A DNA stretch of 59,324 nucleotides, the filler included, from Sphacelaria rigidula (lineage: Eukaryota), in the NCBI GenBank assembly GCA_964200075.2. It is 6 parts of 6 records of this genome, joined end to end, with 100 filler letters (N's around TTAATTAATTAA, not from the genome) between each part and the next. Parts side by side here need not be neighbours in the genome. Positions count along the whole stretch, not along the records: positions 9,906 to 19,710 come from CAXNAA020007722.1; positions 19,811 to 29,614 come from CAXNAA020007723.1; 4 more parts are not named here. One strand, given 5' to 3'. Below are positions 11,373 to 25,054 of the stretch, in pieces (positions within the stretch are counted from its first letter, which is position 1; each line of letters starts with the position of its first letter). The notes under the pieces were generated by a model that was not told the DNA's origin, did not search any database, and saw only the letters and a list, made by a program, of their open reading frames with translations. The position numbers were made by a program, and so were the translations under genes.

Positions 11373-14300
11373 GTAGCCACCCTCCGAAGACGAGTCGAAT
11401 CGTTAGTTCACGAGCCGGCCGAATCCTGGCCGCCGAACGTTGTAAATCAGGTGAGCCGCGTGGAACCGTGCGTCAAAATGAGCCGATCTCAAGGGGGGAA
11501 TCAGCACGTTCATTTTTCCCCGGCTGTTGTTGTGGCGGGGGAGGAGGGTGCGTAACTCTGTGCAAAGGTTTGCGCGTACGGGAGAAAGTCTAACTCCATT
11601 GGCTGCACCAAGGGATGCAGTTTGCGCCACAGTCAGTTGTCAATACTTCGTCGAGAGACCAAGCTTTGCGCAAAAAGTGGGCAACAAAGTGCCACGTGAG
11701 ATCCTTGTGACGTGTCTTTTGTGAAAGGGAGGGGTATAGCAAAAGCGATTGTAAAGCCACTGCCCGCGTACATATCGAGCATTAAGGCAGCCCTGGTTAG
11801 AGGTTGCACCGCACCGGCAGCCAAAAACCAAAAGACAGTTACCGGGTAGGAGGCTTAATTCTCGAAATATAATAAACGGTTAAACGTTCTTGTTTTCAGT
11901 CGATTTAACCTGATGAACAGGGGAAAATGCCTCCACGTCATTGAAGCGCAGGTAAGTCAGGTGTTATTGTCGTCGTGTGTTTGGTGGGTGGTGGGTGATT
12001 GATACGCTCGAACACACCCATTGCCGGTGACGGCAAGATTCAATCTCGCACCTCCGCACCCGTGCAGTATATGTCGAACGTACAGCACAGTGGCTGGTAA
12101 CACCAATTTGAATGCTTGGTGGCAATTGTTTTTAGTGATTACTTAGACACCTGCTGTTCAAATCATGAAACTGGCTCGGGTAAATCGACGAGGTATGCGC
12201 ACGAAAGACTACTATCTTCGTGTGAAGAATATCCAGCGTGAGCTATAGCGTGCAGGCCGAGGCCAAGATACGGTGCCGAAACGAAAAACCCTTCAACTCA
12301 CATCCCGCCCACCCGTGGAACCCAATGCCCGTATATAGGATGGAGGAGCGAGGTTAATGCTCTCCTTCAACTTTGCATGGAAAACGTGCGCAACCTCACC
12401 GTCCAAAAACAACAAAAACGACAGCGGACAACGGAAAAACCGCACTAGACTCTGCAAACCACGCACACCACGCAATCACGGTTTCTCCCTGGACAATTTT
12501 GCGCCACAGAATGAACCATGATGTAATAATCGTACACAGATGATAGGCGACAAGACATCGCATCAAATCTTATCACGGAGAAACACCACTGCCAGGCCAG
12601 ACTTCTTGTCCACGCCAACATCATGATGATACTCTCCGCGAGGAAACTGTGGCAGATTTTCAAAATAAAGAGAAATTCGCGCTAACTTTCTTTGCCTAAA
12701 ACCCAAGCAGGCTCACATTACTCTGTGTAACATTGTCACTCAAGCTCTAGTACTTGACCCGTTCGCGAAAAATCACGCTGGTGAGGGTGGAATCAACCAT
12801 ACCTGCCTAAGGTACGAGTCACGAAGCTCTGCGACAACGACACCATGTAGCCTCAAAGTTATTGCAAGGTTTAACTGCCGGAATAGCGCCTCATTTCCCG
12901 GTTAAACCGGGGGGAATACGCAGTTTTTTTCCAGAACCGAAACCGGTAAACGCCTGCTAGGGTTTCAATGAACCGGTTATAACCAGTTCTTGTTTCAACG
13001 GAGCCCACCTCTAGTCTTGGTATCACCTATCCACGCCATCAGATTCAGGTTCCACCCACATCTCGCCCTTGACGCCGATCCCTGTCTCGTCGGGCTCACG
13101 GTATACCTCTCAGTCAGAAGATTTTGCGGCTACTCCACACGCAGAAGGGAAGCGAGGCGTGGACGCAGGCCACCGTGATATGGCGTCAAGCGCTGTCCAT
13201 CTCAGCGCCAAACCGCGGGCTGAGCAAAACGGGTTTTGTAGGTGAGATGAAAGCTTTGATGCTACACGATTTGCGTATTAGGTTAGCTTGTCTTTGTCCT
13301 GAAAAAATAAATGAGTCGCTGCGGGTTTACATCTGGGACAGGAGCCAATTCTACAAAACCTTTGGGTCGAAGTGCTATGACAAACCAAGAGTGCCGCAGA
13401 GTGAGCTGTACACTCTTCTTACACTGCTAGCCAACGCATACTGCATGGTGACACCCTCCAGTGTCCTCGACTTGTTTAACGCCCGACCTACCAATCTGCT
13501 TGGCGTGTGAATATTTCCACCGTGCGCACGGATCCATACAAGCAGCGATTCCACAGAATTATGGGGTCAACGTCACACTTCACAAGTCAAGACGGAACCT
13601 CTGCAAGGCACGTATCAGTACACTCCGCTGTTCGACCGTGTCGCGATGAGCAACGCTATCTCCCATCAGACAAAATTGAAGCATACCGAGACGCAAACCG
13701 AGGACGACCGGCAGGCCCTCGACGTTTCCACAGTGGCTGTATCCAAGATGCCGCCAGATGAGGACGCAGGTGCTCTGTGTAACCGCGAAATGCAGACCGA
13801 GCTATCTTGCAATCCACTGCAAGACCACACGGACAACCACGGAGGCGAAGAAGAGAATACGCACCCCCTGCTATCCTCGCCGAATTCGTGTGAAGCAGCA
13901 ACAGCGCCGGGGGTGCCAAGGGCATCGGCGGTGACGTGTCTCATCGCAGAGAACACATACTCTCCTTTGCCCCCGCCGAACAGGTGCGATGTTGCGTTAT
14001 CGCCGGGGGCGCCGGGATGGCCGTCGGTAGCCCCGACCGTTGGCTGTTCTGGCCCAACGGAAGATAGCGTGACCGGGCAACGCGAATCGTCCCAAGGAAC
14101 AAATAGGCTGCAGCAAACTCGTCCGATGACTGGTAACGAGGTCAACGGCAACAACGAAAACGTTAACCAACGGTTCATCTCTCTGCCGCCGGGGGTAGAC
14201 AAGCATCGAGAGAATGAAACGGCCATGCCAGAATCACCTGGAGCAACAACGTGCATCCCTCAGGCGCCGGTGGAGGTGGGAAATGTCTGCCGTAGCGTCA

Positions 14301-17300
14301 AACTGGGGGAGGCTCTTTCTGAAGAAAACAGCGGTGCTCTGGAGGACACGGTGGGAGTCACCAACGTGAACGGGTCGGATACTGAAAAAGTAGGTTATAC
14401 CTCTGGAGCACGCCGAACGGAGTCAGTTGACGATGATGTGTGTTTTGACGACACATTGAGAGAACGCATCATCAGTGACTGCGCGGGGGATGTAGGGCGA
14501 GCGGAGAAAACCGACGTGGTGGAAATGTTGCTGCCATGTGCTGTCGAAAGTGCGTCTTCTGAGCAGCAGCAGCAGCTCAATGAACACACCGACCAGGACA
14601 TGGTAGTAGGTCTTGCAAATGAAGACGGTTCAGCGAGGAGGATTTCCGAAGAAGTCAACCCCCTCGCCGGTGGTTACAGCAGCTCCAACCCGTGTACAAG
14701 AGAGCCGGTGACAGGGGTGGTTGCCGCCAAAGGCGCTCAGTACGATTGCGATACCGTGGAGGTGCGTACGAGAGATTCCAGCAGAAAACCTGTGTGTGTC
14801 AGGCTATTAATACCCAGTATCGCCTGCTGCTCGCATCCACGAAGTCGTGAAAACTTTTGGAGTATGGAGCGGTCGATCACCATGACAGTGCCGTAGACGT
14901 AGTGATCAACTGTCATCTAGAACAAGTGCAGCATTATCCACATCATGTACCACGTGTAAGAGTCCGCGTCATCGATTTTGTGGCTATTTCCCTTGTGTTG
15001 CATCTATTTCATCGCGTGTTAGAGCCAACGCCAGCACAAGTCTGCTTGATTGGTATTTTTTTACGTTTGGATCAATCCAAGGCGCTCTCCTTGCTACTGT
15101 TGGAATCCCTGTGTCTTTGTTTCTGTCATTTCTCTCCAACAATGTGCATTCTTGATGCTTTTTGTCGGTAGGATCTACGATCGCAGCTTCGCCGCACCAG
15201 ACGTGCACTCGCAGCATTCAAAGCTGACTCGTTGCTGGGGAAAATGCGTTCTGCTGGGATCTGGTCTTCTGGAGTCGAACGTCTGTCAGGGGATCGTGGG
15301 CTACCTCTCGCTTTTGGAAGGTGAGCACAGACAGCCACGGTAAGGATGGGGGGAGAAAGCGTTTTGTAGAGCTGTGTAGTTCCGCGTCAGTTCGCCGATG
15401 GCATATTCCACTCGAATACTTTCATCGTCGCACAGGCGCTACTCGGGCTTAGCGATTCACCGGAGGCAGTCGCGTGTGATACGATGTACGCCATATAGTC
15501 TGATGGCAGACAAGGTTTACCCACGTTTCGTCAAACGTGACACTTTCCCGAGTACTGGGACAGCGATCTACTGTACCTAGTGTATCTTCCAGCAATAGAG
15601 GCGCTTGTAATATTTCGGCACCTTCGTTGTCATCCATCAGACTTGACTTGCGTTGTTCTCGTCAGGTTACACCTGACAAATCCCTGCCGTACGACTTTAC
15701 ATGTCTCTACTGGAGCAGGTGGAGGAGTTTAGCTTCTTCAACCAAAGCAACGGTGGGTATTTCATCGCCGAAGTCGACCTTTTCGCGGATGTCCGCCCGT
15801 ATACGCTCACCCGAGCGCCCGATTTCTCCGAGCCAAAAGCCAGACTTCCATCGTACCCGAAAGTGTGGACGGCGCAAACCCGAACACACAGCGTTGGCCA
15901 AGGAGCCGCCGCCAATCCTGCGCCAGGTACGAGATCAGCGCGCGTTTGTTGTAGGTACCAACGGTGATCTCAGCGAATCGAGGAAAGTATCAGGCTCGTG
16001 CTTTGACGACGAAGCGCTATCAACGTACGCTTCGCCGAATAACCCGCGCTCGAAGGAAGGCGCTTACGACGTTCCGCGACCTGGTGCAACATCGGCGTCA
16101 GGGGCGGCCTCCCCCTCATCGCCGACGGCGGTACGGCGGAGAGCGCAGGAAATTCTTGCGATCCGTCGCCGTGTCCGCCAACAACAACAGCAGCAGCAGC
16201 AACGACGCCAATACTCACCCCCATCGGCGGTGGCATCCCCGACACCGACACCGCCCCCAACCCCGCCGCTAAGCTTGGCTCCTCACACCAGCAGAGCGAC
16301 GCTTTCTGGTGTTCGATCGGAGGGTCCTGTCCGTGGGAACTATGATGAGAATTTTGAAAGTGATGCCAGCGATACGTTGTGTTCACAACGTCCAATGTCT
16401 TTGTGTCCGCAAAGAATTGATAAGGAGGATGCCTATGGCGAAAGTGAGAGCGGGCGTGGACACGGCATGTATGGTGACCTTTACGATAACGAGGGATTGT
16501 TCCTCAGGAATACCGGATATGATATCGCTCGTGGCGAGATAAGAAGCGAGGACAACGATGGCGGTGATTATTGTCGGGATGAGGTGTTTCGTCGAGGCGA
16601 TACTGTAGACGGTCAACACAAGCACTCGTCGTCTCCGTCATCACGACAACAGAAGGGGCGCGGCTCTACTACACCAAGCGAAAATGGTGTCCATTCGCAG
16701 GCAGTGATATGTCCCATGTATGCTGTCGGAACGGATACGTGGGAAGCGGAGTCACGACATCGCTCTCTGGGCGATGATCGGTATGATACGGATGGGGTGT
16801 GGACAAACCGAGATATGGATACAACCGTGGAGTATGTGGTACAGGCTGGTGTCTCTCAGGTTCCTTCACAAAGTGATACTGGATGTTCCTCCAACGTATC
16901 GGGTGCTTCTAAGCAGTGGGGATGGTCAGGCACGGTATCACCATGCGTTGTATCGCGTTCGGAGCACCGATTCACAGTCACTGACGAGGTTGAGGACGAA
17001 ACCCTCCAGCTGCAGCAGCAACATCGAAATCGATGTCACCTCCGTCCAAACCCGCAACCACCTGACGTGTGCGAGGAGTACAAGAAGGGGATGGATATGC
17101 AAGATGAAAAGCTTCGTGATGACCAGTATCGCAGGGAATGTGCTGTGCTGGCCGGGACGGCGAAAATTGTGCTTGCGTTGTCGGCGTTGGAGTACCGACG
17201 GATGTCGGCGAGGTTTTACCGTTGGAAGCGATTGCGAGGTAGTCATGCTCGCAAAGTGGCACCTTTTCTACGCGAAGGTGGTGAAGCACGGGTGACGGGT

Positions 17301-17411
17301 GTAGCGAAGGGCAGGAGAGACATCGGGGTTCCTGCTACGGCGGGAAATCAGATGGCCCGTCGGGGGAGGAATTTTCCTCGTAAGCAACGAACGAAGAGGT
17401 TCATACCCTAA
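11373..17411 (+). CDS. Large multi-exon gene encoding a low-complexity, probably disordered protein of unknown function
   Basis: Phase-consistent exons: about 13646-14761 (GAG|GTGCGT), 15172-15320 (DLRSQLRRTRRALAAFKADSLL...), 15719-17411 (poly-Q and Pro/Ser-rich; C-terminal helix LSALEYRRMSARFYRWKRL; TAA stop). Candidate upstream exons such as 11373-11450 and about 13145-13241 are not fully resolved. Confidence 0.65.
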
Positions 17412-18624
17412 TGATACTCCCATTTCTCGCGATTAACCATGCATGATTGTACTACAGGCTCACAATTTTATCCCAGCAGACCCTGAAAACATATGACATT
17501 GTACACCAAAATCGCATACCGTGGAGAAGCTAAGATCGCGTCGCGACGGGATGAAAAAAAAGCTCACAAAAAGAGCCTTCCAACAGAAGCATGTTGATCG
17601 GCCGCCGCTGAACTAGCTCCCCGAAAACGCATCATGCAGGATTATTTCGCTACTTGACGGCTTCTATTTCAGACACTACTTTTGAATTGTCGGCATAAAC
17701 TTGGGTTTTCTTCGCTAAGACTCTTTGAGCATAATGGAACATGAAACAGTAGCGACATGGGCTGTCGTTGTGCTTCACGTCCCATGACGTTTAGGAGAAA
17801 ATGGCGGGAACAACGGGAAAATATGTATATATCGGTAGTTTACCCACGATCTTATGAATGTAATTCATCTTCGAAGTTCTAACCACCAACCGTGTGCGCC
17901 TATGCTGTGGTCGGTTTCTTGTTGAGTGCTCCATCACCACGATCCGTGGCCGGCGACTCCGCCGCCAAATTCTGTTTTATTCCGATACTTGCATAGTTGC
18001 AAGGTTCTTGAAGTTCCGTATTGATCCGATACCTGAATATTTTCAAGACATTTTCCTCCAGGTGTTTGGAGAATGTACTTAGACATGTTTCGACACAATA
18101 TTGCCGAGTAATGAAAGCAAAGCAACGAAAGAACTCACCAGCCGCATCATTTATCGGTGAGGGTGCTGGGAGGTCATCAGCTTCAACAACTTTTTTTTCT
18201 TTCCCAAATCCGGAGTTGTCCGCTTCTTTGACATGGTGGGCACAATAATTCACTACGTGATCCGATTCCTTAGGATAAGCTCAGGGTCACTATTATCGAT
18301 ACCACCCCTTCAGATATCTCAGTTTATTTTCGGATTTCTCGAACTCTGCTTTCAGACTTCTCCGAAAACGAGGTAGTCTGTGTTTTTCTCCAGAGCTTCA
18401 CTTTTGGACAAGTCCGTTGAAAGTAATGGGCCTAAAATACACCCTATAGACAATGGATACCATCGTCAAAAAGTGTCAAGTGTCGAGTATCGACTATTGC
18501 GTGTATTGTAATATATAATGGATTCCAAACTGTGCGCAGTACATTCTATGACAATGAGATCTACTGTTCAGCGCGTGGCCTAAAAGCGGGTACATGGTAT
18601 TTGGACGTTGCCCTGGTAATTCTT

Positions 18625-18840
18625 GTCATTAGAGAGTTTCGGGACAAAAACACTTTTTTTGTAAATTCAGAGTGCTGATATATCAGAATTAGAGTGCAGA
18701 ATAAAAAAAGACACCTCAGCGAAAAAAGGTTGGGGGGATACCATATTTGACGGAGGGGGAAATAAACTTTCGTTACACTCTGGTCCTGAGATTTTTGCCC
18801 TCTAAAATGACAAAAAAACGTTCTCCAAAACTCTCTCATG
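18625..18840. repeat. Degenerate palindromic MITE-like repeat
   Basis: GAGAGTTT...TTTTTTGTAAATT is complementary to AAAATGACAAAAAAA...AAAACTCTCTC. Confidence 0.45.
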
Positions 18841-19710
18841 CGTTCTTAAAGCGCAATCAAATGGTGCTATTATTGTTTGTGTTTACTATGATTATTCACT
18901 CGACGCACCTCGAACAGACTTTGAACCCTTTATTCGTGCGAGCGGTCAAACATGTTCACCGAGCAATAAGGGTTCGTCTATCTAGTATGATAGCAGCCAC
19001 CTTTTTCGCGAAGTGGACTTGAAAAAAAATGCGAACAAACCACGAGTGCCCAAAGAAAATGCTAGGCCCCATGCCGATATTTTTATCCTAGGTGTTTTCG
19101 GGGGGGGGGGGGGTCACTAAATCCCATACATAAATAAAAAATAAAAATAAAAATAAAAAATGAAAAATACAAGTATATAAAGAACAAAAGTTCTTGTCAA
19201 TGAAGCTTTAATTCTTCGTATACGTTCGGAGCCAAGGCCAAGTTATATTCATGAGTTTCGGCACTACGTTGAACATCACACTTCCACGATCAGAACAAGA
19301 CCAACCAAATACCCCAATGATCTGCAATGCTCGCTCAATCGAGCTCAACGCATCTATCTGCACCGCCAATTTGCGTCCAATGTTGTGGTGGCAGATAGAG
19401 CCAACAGGCATGGGCGCTACCTCACCCAAGTCACCCTAAAATGGCTATTTATTGAGTGTTTCTTACTATGAAAAATAATAATCCTACGACCGCCGGAGGA
19501 GGAGGGGGGGGGGGCTGGGGGGGTACATCGGGTATCGGACGGTTTTTTGGGGGCACTCTCGTACAAACCGGATTATTTTTCGATCCAACGTATATTTTCA
19601 AAAATACCGTTGAACATCAAAAAAATGAGGTTGAACTCCAAGATGAACATTGTTTTCGTGATATTGAGAGTAGATGATACGATTGAGAGTGGCTTTGATC
19701 ATTGGCTTTA

Positions 19711-19810
19711 NNNNNNNNNNNNNNNNNNNNNNNNNNNNNNNNNNNNNNNNNNNNTTAATTAATTAANNNNNNNNNNNNNNNNNNNNNNNNNNNNNNNNNN
19801 NNNNNNNNNN
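19711..19810. other. Artificial contig spacer
   Basis: N44-TTAATTAATTAA-N44. Confidence 0.99.
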
Positions 19811-20012
19811 GAGGCCCTTAATATCCCTGGGTAGAATATCGACGTGTAGCTGTAAGCACACGCAAGTGATAGAGATAAAGAAAAGCACACGTGGAATGAA
19901 AAAATGACTCACTCAAAGGGAATGATCAAAGCCACTCTCAATCGTATCATGTACTCTCAATCTCACGAAAACACTGTTGATACTAGACCAAGAAATGGAA
20001 CCAAATCTCATA

Positions 20013-20430
20013 ATTTTACAAATTGGGGATGGATTTTTTATGGGGGGTGAGAAGCCTGAGAATTGAAATCTTTGTATCCACACCAAATCCTCGAAATTTG
20101 GTTCCATTTCTTCATTTGCTGGTAGCTATTGACATCAACTATGCGTGATACAAATTTGGCTTTCGATAACCGAAATATTGCGATCGTAGGTGAAAAAGCA
20201 ATCTAGAAGAATTTTGGTAATCCGATCAGATCCCAAACCTTGGTTTTTCAAGTACGACCCCAATATTTCGGTTATCGGAATCCAAATTTGTATTACGTGT
20301 AAGAGTTGTCAATAGCTACCAGCAATTGAAGATATGGAACTATATTTCGAAGATTTGGTGTGGATACGAAGATTCTAATTCTCCGGGTTCTCATCCCCCA
20401 TAAAAAAAATCCATCCCCAATTTGTAAAAT
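20013..20430. mobile_element. Palindromic MITE-like element, about 420 bp (same family as 41072-41373)
   Basis: ATTTTACAAATTGGGGATGGATTTTTT...AAAAAATCCATCCCCAATTTGTAAAAT; arms of about 190 bp are complementary. Confidence 0.75.
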
Positions 20431-21517
20431 CACGTTTTACAACGTGCAAAGCCCACAAAAAAACTGCCTGAAGATGTTTACGAAAGTGCCCGATGGTTCA
20501 GGAATGTTTCCTCAAATGGTTTTCACTACTATTTCGGGGCATATTTTGCAAAAAATCAACGTCAGTATAAGCGGATGCAAACGCTGAATAGTCGACCAGG
20601 ATGTTCTAACAAGACGTAACCGGTGGAGAAATATTTGCTACGTTGCATTCCTGCACAACATCAAGCTCAAGGTGATTCTTGTAAAGAACAACAAACTCTC
20701 GAAAACAGGAAGTCGCCCTCGACCTCGGTCATCCGCGTAGACGATAAAAAATCAAAAGGCACTTGTCCTTGTTGTAAACACGACACCGTAGACCAGTATA
20801 CCATCGATGACACACTTGAACGTCACTCTACTAACATAACCACAAAATTCCGGGACTCGATATAGATGAAAATACTGAACAAACACACTTGATATATGCA
20901 CCCACCATGATACTTCTAACATTGAAGTTTTGTGCATTCTGCCTCATCTTCCGACGTCGTCGCTTCGCTGGATTCGACTACTCCCTCTTCGCGGCTTTAT
21001 ATTCTACGCGGTCAAGCCACCCACGACGACCAGACATGTAACACCGACTAACGAACTTCCTTAACAACTCGCCACATACCCTACAGTATACTGCTTGTAT
21101 GCATACCGGTCAGTATTCATTTACTTCCGAACTAAATGCGGCGCGGGACTGCACAGAGCTGACCATGAAGCCCTGGAGTACGCACAAAACATATCATAGC
21201 AACCTTATGATTCAGCACGCTATGCTTCGGTACTCCTAATTTCGCTTCGATCATGCGTCTACAGTACGAATGCGATATTCTACTGACTTCATGTCCTAGA
21301 CTGTCCTTGGTGCTTATTTTGGTGCGTCTGGACTTTAACTAGATACCCGTCCACTCCTCCGACCAGTATGGTACAGCTCTGGCAAGGCATGACCCCCCGT
21401 TCTGACATGCATGGCAGCCGCGTGCCCTGCACTTACATCTACCCTACTCTGCCCTACCTCGATCTACTACGGTTATGATGGCGAAACCAAGTATTGACTT
21501 CTTTGCTCGATGCAGGG

Positions 21518-21582
21518 TCAACCCTTCGGCTCTGAGCTGTTGGTGATCTTCATCTTCTCCAAGATATATTTGCCCTCCTTAT
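21518..21582 (-). CDS. YPEL: Yippee-like protein, terminal exon
   Basis: (Y)KEGKYILEKMKITNSSEPKG*; conserved Yippee KYKEGK motif; CAG acceptor. Confidence 0.93.
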
Positions 21583-21774
21583 CTGCAGGCAACAGAATGG
21601 TGGAGGGACGAACTCTTCGCGCTTGGCCACCCATCGATGAGTAATACGAAACGACATCATCACTGCTGATTCAGGTTAGCATGGAACGCTTTCAACACTT
21701 GTGAGGGTTAGACAATGAAGAAAGACATGCCGGACGCGGGGAAGCGATTCGATACATGTCACTCCGACTCTCAC

Positions 21775-21864
21775 ATTTTTCAGTTTCTTGAAAAGCTTCT
21801 TCGTACATCCATCCCACTTTAACCTGGCATTGAACGCAGTAGATGTCGGCAACTGTGTGCAGAC
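21775..21864 (-). CDS. YPEL: Yippee-like protein, exon with second CxxC
   Basis: (G)LHTVADIYCVQCQVKVGWMYEEAFQETEK; canonical splice sites, in phase. Confidence 0.95.
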
Positions 21865-21984
21865 CTGGCGAAGAAGTGTCCATGTCACCAAAAAAAAAAG
21901 TAACGTATGGCGAAGAAGCGGGTACATGGAAGTGTCGAGATGCAAATCCATCGAAGGTGCTCGGGGTAGGGCGGGGTATGAAGT

Positions 21985-22660
21985 AGGGTTTGGGAGTGTC
22001 GATACGCTGGGGACTGAGAATAGTGAGTATTTTGGACATACTGCGCACGTACTCTTGGGATACTGAGTATTTTTGGCAGTCGGTAGCCTGGATATCCGAA
22101 TTACTGGGCACTCCGAGTACACTGAAAATCCAGGGTATCTACCTAAGGGAACGTAACCTACCCTTCGCACCTGTAATCTCGACGTGAGATCATGAAACAT
22201 AAAAACAACCAAAATAAGTTTCGGTACTATCGATATTCATTACATATTTATCAAATTCAATCAAGCGAGCGACAACGATCTACTGTACAAGCAGCAAGAT
22301 ACAAAAAAACTTATTTTGCTATCTAGCTAGTCAGGGCAGCTCGTTGTCCAGCATTGGGCATGAACACGGGAATACTGGTTGCCAACAACCTAGCTAAGTT
22401 GAGATATGGAGTGTTTTTGGCACTCGGTACCTCGCGTACCTGGGGTATTCATCACTTTCACTCGTGTAATACTCCGGGTACAACATATATTTCGGGGGGC
22501 AGGGTACCCGAGGTACCCTGTGGGTGCACACTACCTCCGGCAGCCGGTACCCAGGGTACATGGAGTACTTGTACTCAGTCCACACCTTACGTACCCTGAA
22601 GAATTGGGTACTCTACATACCTTGAAAAGCCAGGGTGCCCCAGGTCGATCTACCCTGCAA
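21985..22660. repeat. Degenerate transposon-like repeat in a Yippee intron
   Basis: Clusters of GGGTAC/GTACCC/GAGTA subrepeats at both ends; termini not resolved. Confidence 0.4.
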
Positions 22661-22740
22661 TAGCAGACTGCTACATCTTTTTACACTCATTACGATCTAC
22701 TTTTGGTACACAATAAACACCCGACAAGACGGTGACTCAC

Positions 22741-22808
22741 CTGTCATAAGAACACGCTTTTCTGGCGGTCCAGTGATGATGTTGATCGCCGTTTCGAGTA
22801 GATATGCC
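22741..22808 (-). CDS. YPEL: Yippee-like protein, internal exon
   Basis: (R)AYLLETAINIITGPPEKRVLMT(G); CAG acceptor and GTGAGT donor; in phase. Confidence 0.95.
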
Positions 22809-24971
22809 CTGACGAGTACACATATGGGGATGTCAAACGCACCAATATCAATGCTAACAACAACAGTAGGCAAAACCGGAGCGCGAATAGATGTCCAAGA
22901 ACATTGTTGATCCTTGCGCCAATACCGTTCCATGGTGAGTGCGAGGAAGCAGTCTCGTCGAGTGTAAGATCAGCGTGTGGTAGATCGTAGAAAGCACGCT
23001 GACCCGTGCCGGGTCCATCCAAATTTCACAATCGTCCTCATCCGACTGGCAAAGCAGAATCTTTCCTAGAATTTTCAGAGGTTACGACCCGAGGAATGCC
23101 CTTTTGTGATTCATTCACTTCATATATCAGTGCTGTTCCTTTTCCATAATATGGAGGCGATGTTATTGAAGTTTAGCCGTCAAGATAATCCGCACCTCGC
23201 TTGTGATGACGTCGAAACTTGAAGGATGTGTAGTTTGGTACTACAGCAAGGTGTCACAGCCACAGCCGTAGCCGCGCAAGGCGCTGAGGGCCCGGTCTGC
23301 ATTGAAACGGTGGATACCAGGACGGAGCATTTTTTTTCAACACTTCCTGTCTGATGATTATACTGGATACGGTACCGGTCGGGCCCGTAGACCGCAACGG
23401 ATCCTGCTGGCCTCATCATCAATTTTCGTCCAGTTATGGATGAACGCTCGCTGAAACCCAGCAAAGAAGCATCGCTTAGGCTCTGTTATATAAGTGAGGG
23501 TTGGGGGCTGAATGTTCCCGGTCCGAGTCGCTCGACAGGTCAAGGTTAAGCTTATCTAGTGCGACCACTGCGTTCTGGCACGGAACCTTACCGGCGCACC
23601 CGGCAAGGGGGCAATGCCCCAGTACAGACAGTACGAATGCTAGCGTATCCAGAGTGCTGACAGTCTAGCAGCCGGCAAGGTGGTTGTAATCGTCTTCTAT
23701 CGATATCAACTTAGAGTGCACTGGGGGGGAGTTGTGCATGTGAATATTTTGGCGATTGCGCCTCGTACACTTCGCCCACATGTTGCGGATTATTTCACGA
23801 TCTCATCGCGTTACATTACATGTGGAAATGTACCACACCCTGCACAAAAATACAGTCAATATGTATACAATATTAAAAAGTGTACTGCGCACAGTATGGA
23901 ATCTATGACCTGCTTCAATTTGCGAAACGCTCGTACTTGTAGTCGGTAACTGCACGCATTACACTTTGAGACTGTGTAGAAATCTCCACCGTGTGAAATG
24001 TTAGAGGCGGCCTTCGCGCCATGGCGACTGTGTTACCATATAGCTTCGCCCCAAGACACTGGTGGCGAACATAGCGGCGGAGGCAGCCTTTCACTCCTGC
24101 ATGGGCCACCTAGGGCAAACGCACGCTTAGCTGTAACATGGACAGCCATACAAAATGTGGCGTAGCGACGTAGATCTTAGCGAGGGGCGACATCCCACGT
24201 ACACGTTGGCCGCAGTACAAGCGTCTGCGTTCATGTTGTAATGAACTGCAGAAGACAGCGGGGAATAAATACAGCACAGGCATAGGCTAAGGATGTGACG
24301 TTGTGCGGTGTGCTATGTCACCCTGCACCCTGCCGCTGTGCAGTGAGCAGGTAGTATCACCCAAGGCATTACTGCTGCGGTTGATACGCATTGTCCAACA
24401 CAGACAGCAAGCAGTACATACTATACGTATCTTGTACGTATACCAAGTATGTTTCAATACCAATGTGGGGCCTGCATCTAGGGAATCCTGCACCAACTTC
24501 GCGTTGTTGTAGCGTATACAGACATCTTTTCAGCAGCAATCGCTGGCGATGTGCTGTGACGGATCACGTGCGTGATGCGGCCTTCTCCACCGTGGGGGGT
24601 CGCCCGTGAAGCCAGCTGTCGATGCTGACAGTGCCCCACCTGTCTTCCCACCATGACCTGCTCTCTGACCACAAGATAATTGGAATAGCGGAACATGACT
24701 CAAATGACGGGAACGTACAAATCCCACCACTTTTCCGAGTGAAATGCCTCCATATTATGGAAAAGGAACACTGATACTGCAATTTGATAATTGTAATCGA
24801 AAAGGGATCGCATTCATGTCGAATGTAACATCTAGTCTGCCCGCTCAAGGAGTCATAGTACGAACGACGAAATAAGATGAGTACACGGTACCGTTACGGT
24901 GTACAATACTGCCCTGACATACGTACAGTATCCACCCCATGTCTATAGGCAAGTCCATACTCCGTGCATAC

Positions 24972-25054
24972 CTCCCGCTTTCACCGCGAAAGCGCTTGGA
25001 TATTATCTGGCTTGGGGAGGAAAGGTGGGCGTTGCATGCCGCGCACTTGTACAC
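24972..25054 (-). CDS. YPEL: Yippee-like protein, exon with first CxxC
   Basis: VYKCAACNAHLSSPSQIISKRFRGESG(R); CAG acceptor and GTATGC donor. Confidence 0.93.

Noticed and set aside
9050..11400. Head-to-head MLH1 and contig 2 gene sharing a bidirectional promoter
   Set aside because: They are separated by an artificial spacer, and no MLH1 5' exons are visible in contig 2.
19600..20000. Inverted repeat spanning the spacer (GATTGAGAGTGGCTTTGATCATT)
   Set aside because: These are copies of one repeat family at the ends of unrelated contigs, where assemblies typically break.
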